From the NCBI GenBank assembly GCA_009103225.1, contig RHPI01002069.1, positions 707,378 to 771,377 on the forward strand: DNA of 64,000 bases. The letters are read 5' to 3'. This stretch comes from Chlorokybus atmophyticus. Lineage: Eukaryota; Plantae; Mesostigma and Chlorokybus algae. Under the pieces are notes generated by a model, which worked only from the letters and a program-made list of their open reading frames with translations, had not been told where the DNA came from and ran no database searches. Shown piece after piece: positions 1-10,600 of the stretch. Numbering within the stretch: position 1 is the first letter of the stretch; every line of letters begins with the position of its first letter. The position numbers and the translations under genes were made by a program.

Positions 1-7
1 CGTGAGA

Positions 8-84
8 GCCATGTGATTAGAATGGAGCTTGATGCTGAGCGGCAGCGCTCAGTGCGTGAAGGTTTATAAATATACTCTGATGGC
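8..84 (+). ncRNA. Box C/D snoRNA, copy 1 (predicted 18S rRNA 2'-O-methylation guide)
   Basis: Terminal stem GCCA(8-11)/TGGC(81-84), box C-like GTGATTA at 13-19 and box D CTGA at 77-80, with internal D'/C'-like boxes. TAAATATAC (67-75) next to box D is complementary to the conserved green-plant 18S segment GUAUAUUUA (rRNA sequence recalled, not aligned). Confidence 0.75.
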
Positions 85-136
85 TCGGTGTTTCCATTTC
101 CTCACAAGCGATGGGGTTGTCTATTACGCAGTTGTA

Positions 137-213
137 GCCATGTGATTAGATTGGAGCTTGATGCTGAGCGGTAGCGCTCAGTGCGTGAAGGTTTATAAAT
201 ATACTCTGATGGC
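137..213 (+). ncRNA. Box C/D snoRNA, copy 2 (tandem paralog, 129 nt period)
   Basis: Near-identical to 8-84 with the same boxes and stem. It also carries ATTGGAGCT, complementary to 18S AGCUCCAAU. Confidence 0.75.
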
Positions 214-328
214 TCGGTGTTTCCTTTTCCTCACAAGCGGTTTGGTTGTCCATTACGCAGTTGCCTTTGCCATGAATGAATGTTACAGATGGTTTGTGCC
301 TATACCTCAGTTGTTGCTGTTGTCGTAG

Positions 329-1157
329 CCGAGCGATGCGTTGTTGGGGCTGGATGCCCCAACAAAAGAGGAGCTCGGGCGGTCAACATGGACACTACTT
401 CACACCCTCGCCGCGCAGGTGCGGCTACTGCCATTGGCGCTGTGTTACTGTAAAACACCACTGTTTGCCTGATGACTGATGTTTTGACCGTGTGCATGTG
501 CGTGGTGAGCAGTTTCCAGAGCGGCCCACAAAGCAGCAGCAACGCGACGCCAAAGAGTTGGTAGGCCGGACTTGTCTATCTGCTGTGTGGTGATGTGCCA
601 TATCATAGTACAAAAACGTAGCATGTGCTGAAACACTGGCTGGTGCACTTGCAGATCACAGTGCTTTCCAGAATATACCCATGCGGTGACTGTGCACGAC
701 ACTTTCAGCAAATTCTGAAGTAAGGCCTTTTATGAAAGCAGGGATGCCATTGTGTTGCCAGAACCTATTTCTAGAAGTTCAACTTATGCTGGCTCCATGC
801 AGGAATGATCCGCCGGTGGTGTCATCAGGGTTTGAGCTGGCGCAGTGGCTTTGTCGCGTACACAATGTGGTGAACAGGAGGTGAGTAAGGTGTTGTTGAT
901 TACTCATAGTGTGCTAGCACAATATGACTGGACAAGATGGGTCGTGACATGGCCCGATAACATGGTCCATGCGCAACCACTTGCAGGACTTTGATATGAG
1001 AGTCACACAGTTCCCTTACTTGCTTGTGATATGTGGCAGTTTGAACAAGCCGCAGTTTAACTGCCAGCGCGTGGATGCGCGGTGGCGAGCGCTTGACTGC
1101 GATGAGAGCGCATGCGATCTTGATATTGCTCGTCTGCCTGCGCGCAAGTATCGCTGA
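329..1157 (+). CDS. ERV1: ERV1/ALR FAD-linked sulfhydryl oxidase (5'-partial, multi-exon)
   Basis: Spliced exons read KEELGRSTWTLLHTLAAQ / FPERPTKQQQRDAKEL / SRIYPCGDCARHF (CxxC) / LAQWLCRVHNVVNR / LNKPQFNC...CDESAC. The last carries the plant-type C-terminal CX4C. In-frame TAG at 326-328 marks an acceptor, so the start lies upstream. Confidence 0.9.
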
Positions 1158-2938
1158 GCGATGTCATTGGCGCGTTGTGTTAGAGGTATGGATGGTCTGT
1201 AATTTATTCTGGCCGCTATTCAACCTGTTGCATGCTGCCTGCCTCATTGGGCTGGCAGTGGCATGCAGGTGGTCGGTGTTGTTGACAGCTAGGCTGTGAC
1301 GTCATTGATGAGGTGACGAACCCTTGTATAAGAGTATTAGAGTGATCATGGAGCAATTTGGGCACATGCGGACTGCGTCCAACAAATTGTGCAGTAGTTG
1401 CAGTGTGCTACATCTGTACGCTCGCAGGCACATGTGTACACGCACTCGCTGCTCTCGGCCATTGCAAATCAACCAGAAATGCCAACCAGAAATGTTCAGG
1501 CGACCTTGGCACGCATAATGAGTCTGCATTGGCTTTTATATGTGAGGGAAGCAGCATTGAGAGCTGGAAACCAGCTTCATCCAATGTGCCCAACGTAGGA
1601 GCAATCAAGCAGGCGAGCAGCACACGCAGGGAAATAGGCGTTCATTGCAGATCCAGGCAGTGGATGGTCACCAGATAGTCAACAGCTTGATTGTCCTGCA
1701 TTGCCCTGTATAACATCATATCGCAATGTAAGGTGGAGTGCCTCTGGACAGCCATGAATGCACTCGTCTACATCTGTGTCATACATCTGCACTGGTTCGA
1801 ATACATTCAAAGGTCTGCAACCTGGCGTGCTGTTCTTGACACCCAAAGTACAGTGCTTGGAGTAAGACTCTGGTGTACTGCAAATCCGGACGCCCGCAAG
1901 CATGAGAGTGTTTGGATGGTGTTTCAAACAGCATAATCCGCCGCTTGTCAAACGCGCTACTCCTTGTTGTGCTTCAAGCTCTCGTCAGCGACCTGAGCCC
2001 CAACCACCGTTGTGACGGCAGCTCCCGACACCTTTGCGAGGACGTTTGCGGCAGCCTTGAGGCTGCAGCCAGCTCGTGACGGTGCTGGTGTGATGCCGGT
2101 CGGTGAAGTCATGGGCCAGGAGAGGTTCAGACATCCGCTTCTCCTTCTCATTCCTGCAAGTCAAACAGATGTAGCAGATGGTGATTGATTGTCACACCAA
2201 TCAACGACCAGTGACTTCTGAAAGGTAAGCGTGAAAAGGGGTGAAAGTCGGCCTAGTGTCGGCGTCCGTTGATATGTCGCTTCACCGGGCATGCGTATGG
2301 CTGACCTGATCTATACACATCCGTCTAGTCTGAAGGAAGTCAACAAGGAGTTGCAAGATGACAACTTAGACAGTCCAAAACGCATCATGTTATGTCCAAA
2401 GCGAAACAGTCTGCTGGCTTGGTTATTTCAGTTGGCGTGTGGTTACATGTATGTAATTCTCCAGCATACAGTTGAGAAAAGATACACGCCGTGTGACAGA
2501 CGGAATTGTTACCTGCTCTACTTTTGAAGAGGTCAGGAGCGGCTGTCAAGAGCAGGGGGGATCCAATCGTGAGGGTCTTTGGACTTGACAAACTGCCATG
2601 TGTGTGCGAAGCATGTCGAGGTTGGATACCCAGCATGGAGCGCCCAACGCGCGGACAGCGGGCCACGTCAGGTGCTCCGGCATGTAATGGCGTTCAAGAG
2701 AGAGCTCCTTTCATCTCTCCTTATGCAGAGCCCAGGCGAAGACTCCTGCAACCGCAACGACGCATGCCCGTCATGTCTGTAGGCACATGGTCACGTGTTT
2801 GCGTAGACGGCCATCAGTGCGTTTGTGGGTGCGTACACAATCAAAGCAACACACACATGCAACAACAACCAATATATATATATATATATAATGTAAAGTA
2901 TATATATTATATAAATATATAATATACAACAACCAGTA

Positions 2939-4150
2939 TCATGCGTGCGGCCTCATTGCAGTCACGCGGCTGATGGTTTCTATTGGCGGCTCTATACTTC
3001 TGTCATCGTTTACATTACTGGCACTCAGCACACCAGGAGACAGCTCGTCTGAGTGGCTGCCGCCTCGGCTCGGCCAGCAGGCTACCTTCAAGTCCAACAC
3101 AAACCGCTGAAACTTTGGCACTACCACATCTGTGTGTGGAGTTGGAAGCTAGATGAGAAGGATCTTGCTGCATCACCCTTGCCATCACAACTATCTGTGT
3201 GTGCACATGCGCGCACACACACATCAACCATGCACACGTGCACGTGCGCACGCACGCACGCGTGTTGCTGCTTTGCAGATCCAACCGGCCAGAAGCAGCC
3301 TCAAGGCAGCCGAGTTCTAGGCTTGTCGTCTAATCACTTGGGCTCCTTAGTTCACATTGATGCGAAATCAACATGACAAGCTTCAACCGAGGCTGATGCA
3401 AGTAGCAACAACCACTACACACACCTCCTGACAGATGGTGCCACAACATCCAAGGATGCTACTCTGGCTGCCATGCGAGCCAATTGCTGTTGTGAAGACA
3501 CGTTGTGTACGAAGTTATTGAACACACACAAGCAGCTGCCAGCGAGGAGGGTGGCGCTGCGTGACCACGTAAGGATGTGCACGGTTTGAGCATGAAACTT
3601 TGCTTATGCAGCGCCAACCTGCAGTAGGTGGACACGGCTTCGGTCGTAGACACTGCCAGACGCTGCACTCCTGTCACGCATGATCAACAGCGGCAAGTGC
3701 AGTGTGTGCACCAGGTAGTTTTGCAAGTGAAAATGAGTAACAATTGCTATAGCCGCAGCAAAAACATGCACGCGCACGCGTACGCAAACACACCTGACCC
3801 AGTCAAGTGCAGCCAGACAGCCTCAAGAACACTCAGACTGCTTTTCTTACAAGCGCCTACTGGCGGAAGCCGCCACCCGTATGCGCGAGTATGCCTGTTC
3901 ATCACGCGCTGAGGACTCGTGTTCGAAGGCAACAACATGCAGCTGGGCATGCCATTGCCCCACCTCAAACCTTTGCGGCGGAGATATGAGCCTCAGCAAC
4001 AACTCGTTGCTGAGGTGTGGCACTCGGCCACCATCCGGCGTAGCTTTGACGAGAGCTTCGTTGAAACCATGGGACGGTTGGAAACCTGTATCCGTTGGTA
4101 CTATTGCCCACAGCTGCGCGTGGCCCTTCCCAACGCTACTGGCAAACCTA
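2939..4150 (-). CDS. Candidate uncharacterised spliced gene (function unknown)
   Basis: Open segments flanked by AG/GT that can be joined in phase (FASSVGKGHAQLWAIVP...AASA / IVTHFHLQNYLVHTLHLPLLIMRDRS...). An AT-rich tract follows the putative stop. No family recognised. Confidence 0.35.
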
Positions 4151-5282
4151 CAACAGAGAGATGTTGGCGCCAACGACCGAGGCGGTAGCGGCGCTGTCGG
4201 CAGCGAGGGCATAGGCGTAGCTGTGCATGCTCGTGCACATTGAGCGCGCTAGTGTGCGTGCGTGCGTGTGTGTACGCAGTGCAGGTGAGAATGCATTGAG
4301 CGCGCTAGAGTGTGTGTGTGTGTGTGTGTGTGTAGTAGGGCAGTTGGACACGCTGTATGGACGTGATTGTGCTTCAAATAAGAGTAGTTGTTTGTGATGT
4401 TGGCCTTCTGTTGGCTGAGTCAAGTTGGAGCCGGCGGGCGGAAATCTCTGCGTTCAATACCTCAAACGCAACGCTCCGCCTGTTCCTTGTGCCATTCCAC
4501 TGCGCGAGGCGCTGGGCTGGGATAGGATGGGGTGAGGGTGGTGGGTTGATTGTTCCAGGGGGAGCCCACGATTGAGCGGCGCCCAGCAGCGAGCTGGCGG
4601 GCAGGGAGGCAGCGGCGCAAGTGTGTTGTAGACACATTGTTCAACAACGTGCGTGAAGTCAAGCCTCGCTACGTCTACGTCTTGCCGTGCATGCGCGTGT
4701 GCTGTTGAGCCGAGCGTCCAAGGCAGCAGCGTCTCGGCTGGCCTTGGTGGCTGACTATTTGGCTAGTGTCCGACTAGCTAGTGTGTGATTCAAAAAAAAT
4801 AAATCTCAGCAGTAGTTTGTAGAACTGCCACGCTAGAGCTGCTGTGAAACATGGTGAGGTGATTGATTGGCTTTGAATGTGCAGGTCAGCGCAGGCACAG
4901 GTGCCAGACGTCCCCATCACGTCTGCAAGTTGCTCTTGCAAACGACGTTGGCAGTTCAAGTAGACAAAGTCAGAAACTTGCTCGGGATGCAGCCGCAAGG
5001 ACGCTGCTGCAGCTTGTTCAGCAAACGCATGAGCAGCTAGACCAGGTGCTAAAAGGCAAGCGGAGGTCTTACAGGTACTGGATGCTGCACAAGCAGCTAC
5101 AAACGCACGCATGGACAGCGTGAGAGTAGCGCTGCACGTCGTAGACTTCAACAACCAGGGGCGGCGCTTCAACAGCAAGTCTGGACACGAAAATGCTCTG
5201 TTGAGTTGGATGCGTAATGAGGCAGGCGAGGTGCCTCACAACCCTCCCGTCCGAAAGCAGGATTTGGTGGACTCGCCTGATG

Positions 5283-6561
5283 CTATAGTCGACACACTGC
5301 TGCAGATTTTACGGGCAAGACATGGCGGGATCGCTTGAGGAGCGGCGCATACGCCTGAAGTTGTTCATAGGTATCGATGAGCGAGGTTAGTGTGGTTGTG
5401 TTGGGAGGTAGGTACACAATGGTGATGTTGGAAAGCTTTGCAATGTCGAGGCCGTGCAGCTGTTCGCGCTTGACATCGGGCAAATTGTGACTGCTTGCAT
5501 TGTCAATGAGCAGTACAATACGCTTGTCGGCAGTCGCCATCTGCAAATTCCACTTCTTAATCCATGCCTTGAAGACAAGTGCAGTCATCCACGCGTTGGT
5601 GTTGTGGTACCACTCCACCAGAGAGTTAGGATTGAAGACTTTGCCAAAGCAACGTGGCCTTGCATACTTGTGAATGACGATCAGCTTCAACTTCTCGCTG
5701 CCATCACCATTGCAAGCAAAGCCAATTGCAATGCGCTCCTTCTTTTTCTTCTTCCCTTTCGCTCTCTCCGTTGCTAGAGTCCTGTCCGGCCCAGCTGCAA
5801 AGCACAACCCTCCCTCATCGAAGTTCCAAGTTGCTGCAAGATCCGCACCAAGCTCTTCAAGGACCTTTGGCAGCTTGGCTTTGGCTAAGTCCACGCCCTC
5901 TACATCAGCATCAGCAGACTCCCCATGCAGCTTGAAGCTCTTGATGTTGAACCTGCACGCAGCCGAGGACACATGTACTTGAAAACTTTGTGTGGCATCA
6001 ATGCCAGCACCATATGCACGACAATTGCATCGTACATGTGTTTTGCAATCAGCAACACATATAAAGAGTACTTACCTTGTCTTGAACTTGTGCAACCAGC
6101 CATTGGAGGCTTTGAACTCATCCGCATTGATCTTCATAACCTCACGCAACTTGAGAGCTTGAGCAACCAGCAATGCGTCCGAGATCATCATGTTCTTTGC
6201 GCGTTTCTGAGCACATGTTGCTAAACACAAGCTGCAACTATGCAATGGCAGCGCTGGCAGCAGCGTTGTGCTTACAACTTACTTGTGAAAACCATAGCCA
6301 AAGTGCATCCTCTAAGGACGCATGCTTGGCAGCACGATGAAGTTTCAGACTTGCAACATGCTTGTCATCTACATCCAAGCTCAACCAGCGTTGTTCCTCC
6401 TTGAGGATCTTGGAAAGTGTTGTGCGATTCACCTCCTTCTTCAAGGCCTTCTTCACCTCCTCCACCAGCTCGTCTTGCTTGAGGCTGATGTACTTGCGCT
6501 TGAGCAAGCAAACCTCCTTCTTCTCGACAGCAGTGAGATGAACGCGTTTTGCCATTTGCAT
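5283..6561 (-). mobile_element. pogo/Tigger (Tc1-mariner superfamily) transposase, three exons, DDE domain truncated
   Basis: Exon 1 MAKRVHLTAVEKKEVC...HASLEDALWLWFSQ (HTH_psq/Tc5-like). Exon 2 DALLVAQA...FKASNGWLHKFK. Exon 3 has NFDEGGL...KERI...WMT...LLIDNASSH...YLPPNTT (DDE_1). The QPLD motif carrying the third Asp is absent. Confidence 0.9.
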
Positions 6562-6813
6562 TGACAACAAAGCTTGTGATTAACATTTGAAAAACGAAGA
6601 CACAACTGACGAAAGTGGTGTTTATATTCTGCTGTGCATGTGTACGCATGCCTGACTGCTTGTGTCAGCATGCTCTCTTGCGTGGAGGCAGTGCAGATGT
6701 TGACTGACGCTTCAACTTACAGCATTGCTGTCGCTAACACAGAGACAGCGATGCTTGAGACACATCAGCTGTGTGCGCTGTGGGCATATGGTAATTGTGC
6801 GCACGCAATGCAA

Positions 6814-7110
6814 GCAACCGTTGCACACTGAACATGCGTGCAGCAGTTGTATGTGCACATGCAATGCAAACGCAAAAAGTATGAGCTCGTTGAGTACGCA
6901 GCTTCAACACTGCTTACCTCAACCAAGCGACTAACGCTGCTTTGCCCTTACTGCTGTGTACGCACGCATGGCACGCAGTGCAAGCAGTGCAACCGCTGCA
7001 CACTTACGTGTGTACAACGCTTGTATGTGCACACGAAATGCAAACGCTGAAGCATGAGCTCGTTGAGTATCAGGATGCAACTCTGCTTACCTCAACCAAG
7101 CGACGAACGC
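6814..7110. repeat. Imperfect direct duplication (~125 bp units, ~174 bp spacing)
   Basis: GCAACCG(T/C)TGCACACT...ATGAGCTCGTTGAGTA...TGCTTACCTCAACCAAGCGAC occurs at ~6814-6937 and ~6989-7110. Confidence 0.8.
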
Positions 7111-7440
7111 CGCCTTCCCCCTACATTATCGCGTCCGCCGCCGCCGCCGCCGCTGCCGCCGCCGCCGGCGGCGTCCTCGCCGTTGCCAGCGTCGTGCACT
7201 CAGTTGAGATGAGGGGGAACGCGCGCTGCGATATGATGCAGCTGCGTCGATACCCAGCATACATGTATATCCTAACTGCCCACATACAATGCATTCTAGT
7301 CTTGCTTCCCTCGCTATGGTTACAAATGCCACCTTTCGAGGGTGCTTAGATCGAGTGTGACTGTGCTTAGATAGAAGAGTCATTTGGCTGGTGCACGTTC
7401 CCGAAAAAAATGTGCTTAGAATGAGGTTGTGCTTGCTGCG

Positions 7441-7468
7441 AGTGTGACTACATCGAGGTTAGACTGTA
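7441..7468 (-). repeat. Candidate terminal inverted repeat of the pogo element with TA target-site dinucleotide
   Basis: The minus strand reads TA|CAGTCTAACCTCGATGTAGTCACAC, like Tigger/pogo termini (CAGT...CCTCG). A related inner copy lies at 7341-7363. No clear partner TIR was found downstream of the transposase. Confidence 0.55.
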
Positions 7469-7674
7469 ACATGTTTGGTGCCTGTCGAGTTAAGTTGGTA
7501 CATCGACAGATACCGTCGGCGCAGGTGCCGCCGTCTGCGCCGACTCAACGACACAGCTGTGTCGGCGCAGCTGAGCACCACTGAAGCAACAGGCTGTGCA
7601 TAGCTGCCTGAGAGTGGCGTTGGGCGGGCGGTGCTGGCAGCCATGATGTGAGCGTCATCATCGTCATGGGCATC

Positions 7675-10600
7675 ATGGCGCAGCAGCTGCCATGCTCTCT
7701 GCTGCTGTGCGCGAGGCCGTCTCGCCCAAGCAGGCCGGCAGGACGCTTGACGTCGTTGAGGACGGGTGCGGTGCAGCAAGGTGGGCTTGAACGTCAAGCG
7801 TTAACATTAATGCGTCAATGCCATGCTTGCCTGTTGCACAAGAATCATGCCAATTACAGATGACATCAGGGAAGCTGATGGGTACCACATCCTGTTATGT
7901 GTCTCATGCCAATCAATAAGCCCAACCGTTCAGTTGCTTGAACGGTAGTTGCCTCATGCAGGTTTGTATGTTTTGCTGGTACATGCAGCCAAACGTCTTA
8001 ACAGTACTACGTTTAATCACGCATTCCACACATTCAGGTCCAATTCTTCAACTCTGCAAGTCCTACTGGAATATCGTTGAACTGCACTGCCTGCCTAGAC
8101 AGCTATTCCGTCTCAGTTGTAACGCTGCCACTGCATGTCCAAATGCATGCCTAAGCTTATACTGATCATTAACTGTTCAGTGGCTGCGTTACTACTCAGG
8201 CTTCAGGCACAGTTCGCACCGCCCACATAGACACAGAGGACCAGCAGCCGGGCGCCAGCGGCTTGTGCGCTGCGAGATAACTGCCTCGCCGTCACCGGAG
8301 TCAGAAGAGTTCAGATCCGAAGGCTCCCAACAGCGCAAAGAGTTTCATCCTCCCTTCCGGTTACCTGCTGTAATGATTCGCAAGACCTTGAAGAAGCTTT
8401 CAGATGCCTGCCCGGAATGGCTCAAGGTTGGGTGGTCACATTCAGTCGGCAATCTGGGCTGGTGCAACGCATGCGTTTGTGTGTGTTGACGAGTCCTTTA
8501 TGTTGTTGACAGCGCCTCGGGCCAGCCTTGCTGGTTGCAGCAGTCGTGTTTCTGGGTGCAAACATGACGGGCATGTTAGACTTGAATGCAAAACCTACGC
8601 GAGTGTTGGCACGCCCTTCACCCACGGCCACTGCTGCCACACGCGTTGCCTTCAGACCGATCACAGCACTCGTGTATGCGCTGGACGTTATGCTTGAACG
8701 ATATCCATCCACGTAAGTATCAGTGCACTGAAGACTGTTCGCTTATGACGGTGCAAAACTACTCACAGTACCAGTGCTATGAAGGACAAGGTTAATGCAG
8801 GGACTCTCATGTGCAGGTACATACTGTTGCTGGCAGCGCTCACGACATGCTTAGTTGTTACCGGCGCCTTGCTGTTCAGCCATCTTGAGCGCGGCAGGCC
8901 GGTTACCTTTTCCGAGGCGCTCTGGAAGTCATGGAGCTGTGTTGTATCATCATCTACACACACTAAGGTGCATGGTTCACATCAGCTAAGGTTGGCCACT
9001 ATGCCATGTCAATCTCCCTCTTCAAGCCATGCAACAGCTTGGCCTGAGAAGGGACAGCGCTTGCCCGGTACACAACGCTGTACCAACACTCAGCACTATT
9101 CAGGAGGAGTTCCCGCTTGCTCGGTTTGTAGCATTTCTGCTGTGCATTGGGGGAGTCCTGTCATACTCATTGCTCACGTCCACCCTGTCGGTGCAAATGA
9201 AGGTGAGCAGCTTGGCTGGCAGTTTCAATATGGATGCGGGCAACTCATTTGTAGCTATAACAATATGCGGGTCACTATGATGTGTAGGCTCGGCTTGAAG
9301 TGTTGAGGGCGGGAGCGCATACAGCTGTGCTGGAGAGAGATCATGTTGTCATCGCTGGACGGAATAACAACCTGCTACCGTTGCTTAAAGAGATAAATTC
9401 GTCTCACACCTTTGCACGCATGGACGGGCGCGCCCAAAGGTTGCACTAGCAGGGTACAGCACAGGAACTCAGAACCCTTTCCTTGTGTAGTTGTTGCATT
9501 CCCTCAGCTCCTCCCACCATTAGTGTCATCATTACCACAATCTTGTTGCTTGTTACTTGATCATTGGGAGGTTAACCTTGTGAGTATGTGCGCGCGCAGG
9601 ACTCAGACAGTGCTGTTGCTGTGCGAAGAGCCGCGTCAGAGCATGGAGTTCGCCATAGCAGCTCTGGCAAAGCAATGTCCTCACCTCAACATCCTGTATC
9701 GCAGGCAAGGGATTGTACCGTGCCAGGTTTCTTGCTGGTTTTCTTATTTTGCTGTCATAACATGCATCAAGCTATGATGCATTCCCACTGCAGAGGGAGC
9801 CTCAGCAGCACAGACTCTTTTGAGCGCGTGGCCATTGTGGATGCCAAAAGCGTCATTCTCCTCGCTCACTCAGCTGCTGAGTAAGTTCACTGCTGAAGCT
9901 ATTGGCTCTATCACTTCCAATTGCAGCGTGGTTAGTGCAACAACAAACAAACGTGTGTGCATGCACGCAGCACATCAGAAGCGGATGCACAGGCTGTTCT
10001 CAGCACACTGGCACTCCAACCTTTGCTGTCGCAGATGTCCAAGCCTGTCATAGTGCAGGTGCGTTGTGATTCTTCAACAAGCAGCTTTGCTGTCGGGCAG
10101 TAAGCAGCTGGCACCTTCATACATCAGTGGTGCAGGTGGCGAAACCCAGCAGTAGCAGCCTCATCAAGGCGGTTGGCGGCGAACACGTGGACGTGCTGGC
10201 TGTGTCCAATCTATCATCCAAGCTGTTCATACAGTGCGCGCGGCAGCCCGGCCTGGCCGGTGTGTACACGGAGCTGCTGAAACACACGGGGAACGTCATC
10301 AACATCAGGCAGTACCCGGAGGTTGCCGGCATGCGGTACGGCGCTCTGCGGCGTAACTTAGCAGAAGCTGTTGTGTGTGGTTTAGTCCATGCTGATGGGC
10401 TACAAGAGTTTCACCCGGTACGTGTGCTATGAGAGTGATATGCATCACATGCTTATTACAAGCTTGGTTGACACAGTGTCCTTGTGACTGATGACAGGAT
10501 GACAACTACCAGTTGCAGCCATGCGACAGGGTGCGTACTACCATTTGTCACTCTGCGACGGCACTCAGTTCTGCGCTTGCTGCAGTGACAGTTATTCTGT

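Noticed and set aside
1-262. CRISPR-like interpretation of the tandem units
   Set aside because: Both the units and their linkers are near-identical, so there are no unique spacers. There are no cas genes, the context is eukaryotic, and snoRNA boxes explain the repeats.
4657-4680. AGTCAAGCCTCG as the missing partner TIR of the pogo element
   Set aside because: Only partial similarity, and no flanking TA-CAG.
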